The translations under genes were made by a program, and so were the position numbers. A model generated the notes under the pieces. It saw only the letters and a list, made by a program, of their open reading frames with translations, was not told the DNA's origin and did no database searches. From Candidatus Hecatella orcuttiae (GTDB lineage Archaea; Thermoproteota; Bathyarchaeia; Hecatellales; Hecatellaceae), in NCBI GenBank assembly GCA_002011035.2, contig MTLY02000002.1, positions 256,001-320,000 of the forward strand: a stretch of 64,000 bases of DNA. The letters run 5' to 3'. Positions 18,773 to 27,486 of the stretch are shown in pieces; the stretch's first letter is position 1; every line of letters begins with the position of its first letter.

Positions 18773-19666
18773 TCAAAGGAAGAACGCGACTAGATATCCA
18801 ACTCCCAGCAAGGCCTGTGTTCCCAACACCACCAGCACGTTCGCTGCTAAAGCGGGGACCACCTTTTCTTTCTCTAGGAGGCCTTTCCAAGCTTCTCGGA
18901 CGGCTTTCATCCCCCAAGGAAACGTCAGCAGCCCCAGCAAGGCTGGGATGGGCATGAACCCGGCGGCCGTACTTCCTATTATCCACAGGTACATGCCGAG
19001 ACTCAGCGCCACATAGAGCCGCCCTGCCTTCCGCTTGCCCAAGGAGAGCACTAGGTTTCTTCTCCTTCCTGCCCTATCAGGTTCCACGTCGGGGAACTCG
19101 TTGAGAAACAGGAGGTTGTGGGTGAGTATCAAGGCGGGAACAGAGGCCACCGCCGCATCCCAACTATAGAAGCCGGTTTGGACGAAGTAGGCTCCTAGGA
19201 CAGGTAGGGCTCCCAGCCCTAACCCTGCGCTTAGTTCTCCCACCAGCCAGCGGGCGAAATGGGTTGTGTAGAAGTAGACGAAGAGAGCTCCCAAAACCAG
19301 GATGGGAACCAGCAGCACACCTTTAACGGCTACGAAGTAGGCTGCTATGGGAACCGCTAAAAGTAGGCAGCCGACGCCAAACCGGTAGACGGAGACAGGT
19401 CTGAGAAGCCCCGCTGGGAGGAGGCCGCTTCCTCCGCTGAAGGGAGTCCTCTCAGCCATCAAATCTATCCCCGTCTTATAGTCCCAATAATCGTTCAGGA
19501 CGTTAACGCTTGCGTGCACCAGTAGTAACCCAGCTAGGGCCATGAGGAAATGGAGAGGATTAAAAAAACCGTGGTAGACGGCTACAGAGGTTCCGAGGAA
19601 AACCAAGACCACGGACAGGAGGAGAAAATGAGGCCTTGTTTCCATAAACCACAATCGGGCGTCCAT
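18773..19666 (-). CDS. UbiA-superfamily prenyltransferase (MenA-like)
   Basis: NDYWDYKTGID, SGGSG, NEFPDVEPD motifs; multiple TM helices. Confidence 0.88.
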   Translation of the reverse strand: MDARLWFMETRPHFLLLSVVLVFLGTSVAVYHGFFNPLHFLMALAGLLLVHASVNVLNDYWDYKTGIDLMAERTPFSGGSGLLPAGLLRPVSVYRFGVGCLLLAVPIAAYFVAVKGVLLVPILVLGALFVYFYTTHFARWLVGELSAGLGLGALPVLGAYFVQTGFYSWDAAVASVPALILTHNLLFLNEFPDVEPDRAGRRRNLVLSLGKRKAGRLYVALSLGMYLWIIGSTAAGFMPIPALLGLLTFPWGMKAVREAWKGLLEKEKVVPALAANVLVVLGTQALLGVGYLVAFFL

Positions 19667-19819
19667 AAAATGGAAACAGAGGCGGATCTACATAAGTTTT
19701 TAACCGTCTTCCATCTTTTCTCCAGCCGGCTGGCTTGGATGAATATGTTTATATGCTCAAAAGCAAAGACTCTAAATACCCTCCTGTTCCATTCGACCTA
19801 AAGGAACTAGGGAGTTCCA

Positions 19820-21031
19820 ATGCTGATAGAGACGCCAAGGTATACTGAAAGATTCGGCTCCGTCCGAATCCACGGAACCCAAAGAGTTTTGGAGTTGGAC
19901 AGTGGAGACGAAGAAGAGGCCCTCCTAGAGCCGGCTGTTCGAAAGATATCTAGACAGGCCATAGCGCAGATAGAGAAGAGAATGGCCATTGTTATTCCGA
20001 TAAAGGGGGAGGAACTCAAACTGTTTGAAGGAGTTCTCAGCGGGATTCCCCACAACTGCCTCATCATCGTCGTCTCCAACAGCCAGCGGGAGCCTGTGGA
20101 TCGCTACAGGATGGAGAGGGATGCGTTAGAGCACTTCTGCAAGTTTACCAAGCGCCCAGCCGTCATCATCCATCAGAAGGACAGAGTTATCGCTGAAGCT
20201 TTGAAAAAAGCCGGATACAGAAGCATCCTAGGCGAAGACGGCTTGGTCAAAGACGGAAAAGCTGAAGGCATGATCCTCGGCATCCTCTTGGCTAAGCTGG
20301 CTGGGAAGGACTACGTGGGCTTTGTGGACGCTGACAACTACATGCCGGGAGCTGTCCATGAGTACGTGGAAAACTTCGCCGCCGGCTTTACCATACCTGA
20401 ATCCCCCTTCGTCATGGTGAGGAACGCGTGGCTGTTCAAACCGAAGATTCTGGGAACGGATGTCTATTTTAAAAAATGGGGGAGAGTCTCAGAGCTCACA
20501 AACCAGCATGTGAACTCCATCATTTCAGCGCACACCCATTTCGAGACCGAGGTGATAAAAACCGCCAACGCCGGGGAGCATGCCCTCAGCATGCCTTTGG
20601 CTTCCATCCTCCCTTTCGCCTCAGGCTTCGCCGTGGAGCCTTACGAATTGATGTTCATTTTCGAGCAGTTTGGCGGGATAAAACCCACCGCCTATAAGGA
20701 GGTAGTGGAGAAAGGCATTGACATCTACCAAATAGAAACGAGAAACCCCCACTTCCACAAGGAGAAAGGCGACAAACATGTGGCGGAAATGCTTCTAGCC
20801 TCCCTCGCCGCCGTATACTACAGCAGCATTTGCGACGAGGAAACAAAGAAAGCCATCAGAAACGACCTAGCAAGGCATAAAGTTTCTCCAGCAAACAGAG
20901 AGCCTCCAAAACCAGTGATTTATCCCCCCATCAAAAACGTCAACATAGACGCTTTTAGAGAGGCAGTGAAAGAAATAATACCGGCAGTTGAAACCATGTT
21001 TAAGAACAGCTTAACTGCAAAACGGAAATAG
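19820..21031 (+). CDS. mpgS: Mannosyl-3-phosphoglycerate synthase
   Basis: ERFGSVRI, VLELDSG, GKAEGM, GFVDADNY, WGRVS, NAGEHA, ETRNPHFH. Confidence 0.95.
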   Translation: MLIETPRYTERFGSVRIHGTQRVLELDSGDEEEALLEPAVRKISRQAIAQIEKRMAIVIPIKGEELKLFEGVLSGIPHNCLIIVVSNSQREPVDRYRMERDALEHFCKFTKRPAVIIHQKDRVIAEALKKAGYRSILGEDGLVKDGKAEGMILGILLAKLAGKDYVGFVDADNYMPGAVHEYVENFAAGFTIPESPFVMVRNAWLFKPKILGTDVYFKKWGRVSELTNQHVNSIISAHTHFETEVIKTANAGEHALSMPLASILPFASGFAVEPYELMFIFEQFGGIKPTAYKEVVEKGIDIYQIETRNPHFHKEKGDKHVAEMLLASLAAVYYSSICDEETKKAIRNDLARHKVSPANREPPKPVIYPPIKNVNIDAFREAVKEIIPAVETMFKNSLTAKRK

Positions 21032-21125
21032 AACTCTTCCCTTCCTCCGACGTGGAAACTGAAATCCCCTAAATCCACCTTAAAGCTTGCAGTGAAATCT
21101 TTCCAAAAAGTGAAAAGGGGTAAAA

Positions 21126-21872
21126 TTGGACAAGTTACACCGAAACATTTCAGAAGCATTCAACCTTCGCAGCGGGGAAATAGTTACATTGGTGGGGGCG
21201 GGAGGGAAGACGACCTTCATGTTCACATTAGCCCAAGAACTGGCTTCTCAAGGTAAAAAAGTCATCACAACCACCACCACAAAAATCTGGGTACCTGCCA
21301 ACGGAGAAACTGAGCGCTTCATCGTAGATGTTGAAGGAAACCTTCCCTCCAACGTTTTCGAAAGACATCATCACGCAACCTGCGTAACACGAGTTTTTAG
21401 GGAAAACCTACGTGACAAAGCTGAGGGAGTTAACCCTCAAAAGATAGGGGAATGGCTGTCAGCCCTCAAACCACACTGCATCATCGTGGAGGCTGACGGA
21501 GCAAGAGGCAAACCCTTCAAAGCCCCCGCAAGCTATGAGCCGGTGATACCTCCGGATACAACCCTCTACATACCCATGGTAAGCGTAGAGGTTTTGGGGA
21601 AAAAACTGACCGCTGAGGCTGCTCACCGACCTGAAATCGTCGCCAAGCTGACAGGCATAAACCACGGGGATAAGATCACCGCTTCCACCGTGGCGAAGGT
21701 GTTGAAGCATTATCTGCAGATGACCCCGTCCCAAGCCCGCTCCATAGTTTTTGTGAACAAGCTCCTTTCTGAAGAAGACGTTAAAAAAGTCATGCCCTTG
21801 GCAGAGCATCTGAAAGGGGAAAAAATAGTCTTCGGCGACGTTCACTCCAAAAAATTCTGGAAGATAACCTGA
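21126..21872 (+). CDS. yqeC: YqeC-family protein (selenium-dependent hydroxylase accessory)
   Basis: VGAGGKTT, TTTTTKI, VEADGARGKPFKAP..EPVIP, HRPE. Confidence 0.88.
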   Translation: MDKLHRNISEAFNLRSGEIVTLVGAGGKTTFMFTLAQELASQGKKVITTTTTKIWVPANGETERFIVDVEGNLPSNVFERHHHATCVTRVFRENLRDKAEGVNPQKIGEWLSALKPHCIIVEADGARGKPFKAPASYEPVIPPDTTLYIPMVSVEVLGKKLTAEAAHRPEIVAKLTGINHGDKITASTVAKVLKHYLQMTPSQARSIVFVNKLLSEEDVKKVMPLAEHLKGEKIVFGDVHSKKFWKIT

Positions 21873-21918
21873 ACTTGTCCACTGCTTTTCTCTTCGAACG
21901 AGAAGCTTAGCCGGACGC

Positions 21919-22989
21919 CTATTCCTTAAGCCTATGCCTGTCAAGTATGGGAAGCAGCTTATCTATCTCTATTTCTCCAACACCCACCGCCGAGTCCGCA
22001 GCGCCGTAGGTGACCAGCAGCCTATTGGCTGCCTTTTGAATGCCGCAGGGGAAAACCGTGTAGGGCCTTTCTCCGTAGAGTTCATAGCTCATCTTAGGCT
22101 CCATGATATAGTGGGGAGTAACCGCCGTCAACCTAACCTCTTCCTCGCAGCTCAGTAGGACGGCGAAAACCCGGTAGCCTTCAAAGCGTCTGTCCACCCC
22201 ATGGACTAGTAGCAGGTATTCTCCGCCTCCAACCTCCACAGGAGGTGTCGCCCAGCCGAGTTTCGCCTCAAAGCTCGCTGGGTTCATGAGCACCGTGGTT
22301 TCTGTAACCACCACTTCTGACAGCCCGCTGTCGGTCTTTTCCAAAATATCTATTGGCACCTTGCTCACCGCTAAGTAGAAGTTTTCATCGGTGAGATGCG
22401 GCCTGTGGAATAGGAAGAGTTCTCTTTTCTTAGTCTTAAGCAGAAAGGCGTCTTTGTCGCTGACGACTTGTTTTCTTATTTCTTTAGTCAGCCGGAAAAC
22501 GTAGTTTTTTCTCCAATTTTTTAGATCCTTTGAAACAGCTGTAATTGGAAGGGTTCTTTCAACTCTGATTGCCGGGTTGAAGTAGTTCACCGTCCTCCCG
22601 CAGTAGGTCATCATCAACTTATCGTCTATGCGGTAGACGCGGGGGTCTTCGATTCCCCAAAAGTCGTATTCGCTGTCGGGGCAGAGGATGAGCTCCACAG
22701 GGTAATGGCTGACGCTTAGATATCCTTCGTATATGTCTGATAAACCGGCTTCCAGCATAGCCACAGCGCTGGTGTAGGTGAAATAGCCCAGCACGATGCG
22801 GAGGTAGATCCTGATGGTTTCGTTTTCAACGCTTAGGGAAGGGTTAAAAATAGTTGTAGGGTTCTCTACCGGGTAATTTTTCAAATGAACCCTGTTGGCA
22901 GTTATCACACCGAGTCTTTTAACAAGGTCTAAGGTTTTAAACTCCCTCAGATTCCCAGCCTTCGCCGCTTCTCTTGAAACCTTGAACAT
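21919..22989 (-). CDS. GH130-like beta-propeller glycosidase/phosphorylase (DUF377)
   Basis: FNPS, GIEDPRV, DKDA, HRP, VFPCG, YGAAD motifs. Confidence 0.85.
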   Translation of the reverse strand: MFKVSREAAKAGNLREFKTLDLVKRLGVITANRVHLKNYPVENPTTIFNPSLSVENETIRIYLRIVLGYFTYTSAVAMLEAGLSDIYEGYLSVSHYPVELILCPDSEYDFWGIEDPRVYRIDDKLMMTYCGRTVNYFNPAIRVERTLPITAVSKDLKNWRKNYVFRLTKEIRKQVVSDKDAFLLKTKKRELFLFHRPHLTDENFYLAVSKVPIDILEKTDSGLSEVVVTETTVLMNPASFEAKLGWATPPVEVGGGEYLLLVHGVDRRFEGYRVFAVLLSCEEEVRLTAVTPHYIMEPKMSYELYGERPYTVFPCGIQKAANRLLVTYGAADSAVGVGEIEIDKLLPILDRHRLKE

Positions 22990-23138
22990 AACCGCGCCAA
23001 CAACTCCCCGGCTGGTTGCCTTAAAATAAATTTTAGGCGATGCTCTGCCCTTTTAGTTTTTATGCACCAAATCCTAGCATAATAGAAACAGACGGAATAG
23101 AAACGGCCATTCTACGGTGAAGCTTTTGCTGTCATCTC

Positions 23139-23618
23139 TTACTTCTCCCCGGGAAGTTTGAGCTGGGCTTCTTTGCGGGTTTTAAGAACGGTTATGACTT
23201 TTGTGTCTGTGATGTTGGGGGAAGAGCGTATTTTCCCCACTACGATGTTTCTCAAGTCTTCGTTGGTTTTCACCCGTACTTTGGCGATGATGTCGTATTC
23301 CCCGTGAGTTTCATGGATCTCCAGTACTTCATCCATGCTTTCAAGACTTTTAACCACCTCTTCGATGGTGTTGGGTTTCACGTTGATCTCGATGAAGGCA
23401 GCTACAGCTTTCTCCACCCGGGTGGGCGCCAACACGGTGGTGAATTTTTCGATGACGCCAGTTTCCTGAAGTTTCTTAACCCTCGCGTGGACGGTGGGGT
23501 CGGAAACACCCAGCTCTTTGGCTATTTCTACGAAAGGCTTTCTGGAGTCTTCTTGGAGCATTCGGATGATTTTTTTGTCAAGGTCGTCTATTTCTGTATC
23601 TTGACTCATCGTTCCCAA
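23139..23618 (-). CDS. Lrp/AsnC transcriptional regulator
   Basis: DDLDKKII..LQEDSR..F.EIAKELGVS HTH plus GEYD RAM domain. Confidence 0.93.
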   Translation of the reverse strand: MGTMSQDTEIDDLDKKIIRMLQEDSRKPFVEIAKELGVSDPTVHARVKKLQETGVIEKFTTVLAPTRVEKAVAAFIEINVKPNTIEEVVKSLESMDEVLEIHETHGEYDIIAKVRVKTNEDLRNIVVGKIRSSPNITDTKVITVLKTRKEAQLKLPGEK

Positions 23619-23779
23619 ACTTCAGTTACTAGGTTTCGCATATATATAAATTTTATTAGATAATTTTGTTAAAAGGTTGTCTAAAATTAGAAAGACTAAT
23701 TATTAAGGTAAGTTTATTTAGAAGTTCTAACTTAAAGCTACTGGAAAAACTGCGAGGGAAGGCTGAGAGGTGTTCTCAG

Positions 23780-24622
23780 ATGAGCGTCGACGTTGTAATG
23801 GTGGTGAAAAACGGAAGTCCCCATCTGAGAGAATGCCTCAACAGCCTCTACGCCAACGTACCCGTAAACAAGCTTATCGTGGTGGACGGAGGCTCCGAGG
23901 ATGGCACCCTTTCTATTGTTAGGAGATATTCTCGCACCTTGATACTCAACGACGACGGTGGCACTAGAGCTACGGCTAGGCAGAAAGGGATAGAGTCTGT
24001 GGAAACCGACTGGTTCATGTTTCTTGACAGCGATGTCATCCTTTCCCCCAACTGGTTCGCGAGGGTTTCACCTTACATGTCCATCCCCAGCATCGGTGCT
24101 GTGCAGGGAGTGGACTTGCCGCTTTGCGATGAGGTTCAAATATTCAACAGGTCGGTGAGCCGCATCTGGAAGAACACTCAACCTTTCAACCTAGGCCTTC
24201 CCGTGGTGAAGGGTATCTTTACAGGCGACACCCTCATTCGAAGGGAAGCCGTGGCTGGGATACGGATTCCTCCATACCTTCACGTGTATGAGGACCGCTA
24301 TATTCGAAGCTACATAGAGAAAAGAGGATACAAGTGGGTCGTCGCTCCCGAGGCTGCTTGCATTCACTACACGCGCAGAAAAAGCCTCGACGCCTACTAC
24401 CTCGGCTTTATCGATACATCTTTAAATAATGATGGAATGAAGGGGAGCCTACCTCACCTCCTGAAAAACGCAGCTGTGTGTTTGCCGGGTATGTTGGTTA
24501 ACCCTAGGGTTACGGCAAAATGCCTTAAACTCCTCCTCTGGAATTTGGTGGGCTCACTTAAAGCCATATCCACCAAGCCTGTTTTGGATAAGGGGTTGTC
24601 CTCGGATATCGCAGGGTATTGA
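23780..24622 (+). CDS. Glycosyltransferase family 2 (probable ATG start at 23780)
   Basis: VVDGGSEDGT, FLDSD, YED motifs; GAGGTG SD upstream. Confidence 0.88.
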   Translation: MSVDVVMVVKNGSPHLRECLNSLYANVPVNKLIVVDGGSEDGTLSIVRRYSRTLILNDDGGTRATARQKGIESVETDWFMFLDSDVILSPNWFARVSPYMSIPSIGAVQGVDLPLCDEVQIFNRSVSRIWKNTQPFNLGLPVVKGIFTGDTLIRREAVAGIRIPPYLHVYEDRYIRSYIEKRGYKWVVAPEAACIHYTRRKSLDAYYLGFIDTSLNNDGMKGSLPHLLKNAAVCLPGMLVNPRVTAKCLKLLLWNLVGSLKAISTKPVLDKGLSSDIAGY

Positions 24623-24637
24623 AGGGGTGAAAAGTCC

Positions 24638-25771
24638 ATGAAAATAGGTATGATGACGTTGTGGAACTGTTCAGGAGGCCCATCTATCCACGCTGAGCTT
24701 ATCGGCAGAGAATGGGTGAGAATGGGGCATGAGCTAATTGTGTTCTCTAATTTCAAATCCGACTTTCCCCGCTACTGGCAGGTGGACGGGCAGCTCTTCC
24801 CTCACGAAATGCTTGTGCGAGAAGATGAACCCTACGTTGTGAGAAATTTTACTATCCCCAGCTGGACGTCCTACTCGCTTTTGGACACGGGTCCTATTTT
24901 AAACGCTGACTTCGACGTGTTTGTGGCCCAGAACTTGGAACTTCTTCCAATGCGGGAGTTGCTTAAAGTTTTCCCCAAGATTAAGGCGAAAGCTAAAACT
25001 GTTCTCATTCTCCATGAAGGCCGACTGCCTCAGGATCCGGATTTTTACAGGTTTTCGTGGGACAGTGTGGTATGCTTCGATGAACGTTATTTAAGCCTGT
25101 TTAGGAACGTATTCCCCCACCTTAAGATAATCCGTTTTCCATGCCACCCGTGGAAGAGGGGAGACAAAGAGGCTGCCCGAAAGAAGCTAGGCCTCCCCTT
25201 GGACAGAAAGATAGTCTTGATCTTCGGTTTCAGGGTTGAAGACTACAGCCCCATCATCCCGCCTCTGGCAGAGGTGAACAGCAAGTTTCCCCTGACGGTT
25301 TTGGTTCTGAGCAGCAACCACGTTGGAATAAACAAACTTCTAAGCCTGCCCAAAGGAAAACTGGACATGAGAGTTCGAAAAGGTTTACTGAAGGTGGAAG
25401 ATCTCTACGAGTACCTCCACGCAGCCGACGCTCTCTGCATCTACAGGAAATCCGAACCCGACGCCGTGGTGCTGTCCAGCACCGCTTACTTGGCTCTAGG
25501 TTCAGGATGCCCTCTGGTGGTAAGTGACTGCAACTATTTTGAGGACCTAGACCAAGAGGTTATGAAGTACTCGAAGCCGGAAGAACTCAAGGACCGGCTT
25601 CTCGAAGTTTTTGAGGGCCAACCTAGTTTTAAGCGAAGCCAGCATGCGGCGAAAGAATTCGTCCGCTTGCACTCTTCTGAAAAAATTGCCCAAGAGTACA
25701 TTCAACTCTTCGAATCCCTAAGCCTCGAAGCCCGCTTGGTGGCGAAGACCCCGATGCCTACGACGGCATGA
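24638..25771 (+). CDS. GT-B fold glycosyltransferase (GT4-like)
   Basis: MKIGMM start, GHELIV, ARKKLGLP, AADAL, ALGSGCPLVVSD. Confidence 0.8.
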   Translation: MKIGMMTLWNCSGGPSIHAELIGREWVRMGHELIVFSNFKSDFPRYWQVDGQLFPHEMLVREDEPYVVRNFTIPSWTSYSLLDTGPILNADFDVFVAQNLELLPMRELLKVFPKIKAKAKTVLILHEGRLPQDPDFYRFSWDSVVCFDERYLSLFRNVFPHLKIIRFPCHPWKRGDKEAARKKLGLPLDRKIVLIFGFRVEDYSPIIPPLAEVNSKFPLTVLVLSSNHVGINKLLSLPKGKLDMRVRKGLLKVEDLYEYLHAADALCIYRKSEPDAVVLSSTAYLALGSGCPLVVSDCNYFEDLDQEVMKYSKPEELKDRLLEVFEGQPSFKRSQHAAKEFVRLHSSEKIAQEYIQLFESLSLEARLVAKTPMPTTA

Positions 25772-25900
25772 ACCAAAAAGAACAGACACCCCCCTTTTAC
25801 CTGACTTTTTAATTTTTTAACACCCTACTGTAGTGTCAGGGCAGAGCTTTCGCCCCTGCTAGGTGTCTTCAGAATTCATCTAACATGGGAAGAAATGGGA

Positions 25901-26017
25901 TGGTGGACCGGCCGGGACTTGAACCCGGGACCTTACGGGGCATCCAGCCGCCTTTCCGCATATTGGGGAAACCGTCCATGCCAAGCGGACGATCATTCCA
26001 CGCTGATCTACCGGCCC
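25901..26017 (-). tRNA. tRNA-Ala(GGC) with two introns (37/38: 25961-25978; 44/45: 25933-25953), CCA encoded
   Basis: Acceptor GGGCCGG/CCGGTCC with G3:U70, D stem GATC/GATC, anticodon stem TCCGC/GCGGA, T arm CCGGG-TTCAAGT-CCCGG; removing both introns gives a 78-nt cloverleaf. Confidence 0.93.
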
Positions 26018-26108
26018 ATGAGGGGCGGATTAGCCAAGTTTCTGATAGGATGCGGAGCTTATTATTGTTTCTGCACGTTTATTGCTTCGGAACCCTCGAA
26101 AGCCGCCG

Positions 26109-26246
26109 TTAACAAGGCGTGAAAGTTTTCTTGAATTTTTTTGTTTCACCGTATCCGCAAGCAGCGCAGCGTTTTTTGATTATATGGTAGGCTCGGCGGC
26201 CGCAGCGTCTGCACCGCGTATGGACTGGTTTGTTGAATTTGCCCAT
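26109..26246 (-). CDS. rpl37e: 50S ribosomal protein L37e, absent from ORF track
   Basis: Hand translation [45 protein letters not shown]; downstream of Sm gene as usual in archaea. Confidence 0.93.
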   Translation of the reverse strand: MGKFNKPVHTRCRRCGRRAYHIIKKRCAACGYGETKKFKKTFTPC

Positions 26247-26282
26247 GGAGATTGCCAGAGTGCTTGCCCCCTTCTGAAGATC

Positions 26283-26513
26283 TTAGGTTTTAGGCGGAGA
26301 GATCATGATGACGTTGTCGCCTCGGAGGATGATGGTTCCCAGCCCGCTGGCTTTGTCAGCCTCCGAAACATCTTCCGCTTCTCCCAACAGTAAATTCATA
26401 TGCTGGTCGAAGCCTTGAAGCCTACCTCGAATGCTTTTCCCGCCTCTCAATTTTACCAAGACAACTTTTCCGACGCTTTCCTCGAGAAGTTTTACCGCCA
26501 TATCATCAGGCAT
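26283..26513 (-). CDS. Sm/LSm protein (SmAP1-type)
   Basis: GRLQGFDQHMNLLL and IILRGDNVIMISP Sm1/Sm2 motifs. Confidence 0.95.
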   Translation of the reverse strand: MPDDMAVKLLEESVGKVVLVKLRGGKSIRGRLQGFDQHMNLLLGEAEDVSEADKASGLGTIILRGDNVIMISPPKT

Positions 26514-26615
26514 CAGGGTTCAACGCTCCTCAGTTTCTAGAATGGAGAGACATGGAATTATAAAAGTATCGCTGAAAAAATATTATGAGCATGGAAAGCC
26601 GCTGAGGTAAAAGCT

Positions 26616-27128
26616 GTGAAAAGACATTTCATAAAAGATAAAGAGTTCAAGGAACTGCTCCACCGGTTGCAGTCAAACTTGAAGTTGGAGATAAATTTGG
26701 AGGTTTTTCAAAAAGTTAAAGCTGAGAAGGTTGAATCCGACGGCTTAACTGTTTACCTTCTGGATAAGCAGCCTTTCATGGCTGAAACTAAACAGGGCTT
26801 ACTTCTTCCCACTCTTCTCTTTCATGAGGTTTTAAAAGCTCTGCCCATGCTGGTCATCGACCAAGGTGCTGTCCCTCACATATGCGCCGGAGCCGACGTG
26901 ATGAGGCCGGGGATGGTAAGCGTGGAGGGAGACTTCTCCGAGGGCGCCTTGCTTTCGGTGGTGGAGGAGAAACATCGGAAAACTGTCGCTTTGGCGCTGA
27001 GTTTGGCTTCCTCAACCGAAATAAGGGAGACTGCCCGTGGGAAGGTGGCTGAGAACCTTCACTATATAGGGGACAAGATTTGGAGGCTTTGCCAAAGTCT
27101 TAGGGCTGGGAAAGAAAGTCTTAAGTAA
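26616..27128 (+). CDS. PUA-domain RNA-binding protein (DUF1947/MCT-1-like)
   Basis: LPTL, IDQGAVPHICAGADVMRPG, LHYIGDKIW. Confidence 0.9.
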   Translation: MKRHFIKDKEFKELLHRLQSNLKLEINLEVFQKVKAEKVESDGLTVYLLDKQPFMAETKQGLLLPTLLFHEVLKALPMLVIDQGAVPHICAGADVMRPGMVSVEGDFSEGALLSVVEEKHRKTVALALSLASSTEIRETARGKVAENLHYIGDKIWRLCQSLRAGKESLK

Positions 27129-27180
27129 CAAAGAGCACCTATTTTATTAAATATACCCGCCGGTTAAGGTAAATTTAAAA

Positions 27181-27486
27181 ATGTCAACTTCAAGCCAAAC
27201 CGCGGAAGTTGAAGCTAAAACCCCTCCTACCTACGTGAAAGCCTTACCGTTGAGAGAATATTCAGACATAGAAAAAATCAAAAGCGACCTAGACTCGGGG
27301 AACATCCTCATCGTCAAGTTGACGCCTCTCGCCTCCAAAAACATCGAAGAAGTTAAGAGGGTGATAGACGAGCTTAAAGTCTACGCTGAAACCATCGGAG
27401 GAGACATCGCTAGGCTGGGTGAAGAGCGGATAGTCATCACCCCTCCACCCGTCAAAATCTGGCGCAAGGGGAAAAAGACGGATTAG
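27181..27486 (+). CDS. SepF-like protein (DUF552)
   Basis: GNILIV...GGDIARLG...IVITP..VKI. Confidence 0.82.
   Translation: MSTSSQTAEVEAKTPPTYVKALPLREYSDIEKIKSDLDSGNILIVKLTPLASKNIEEVKRVIDELKVYAETIGGDIARLGEERIVITPPPVKIWRKGKKTD

Noticed and set aside
19820-25900. Possible integrated element at the tRNA-Ala 3' end
   Set aside because: No integrase and no duplicate of the tRNA 3' sequence found by eye
25885-26393. Plus-strand ORFs of 75-103 aa
   Set aside because: They are antisense to tRNA-Ala, rpl37e and the Sm gene
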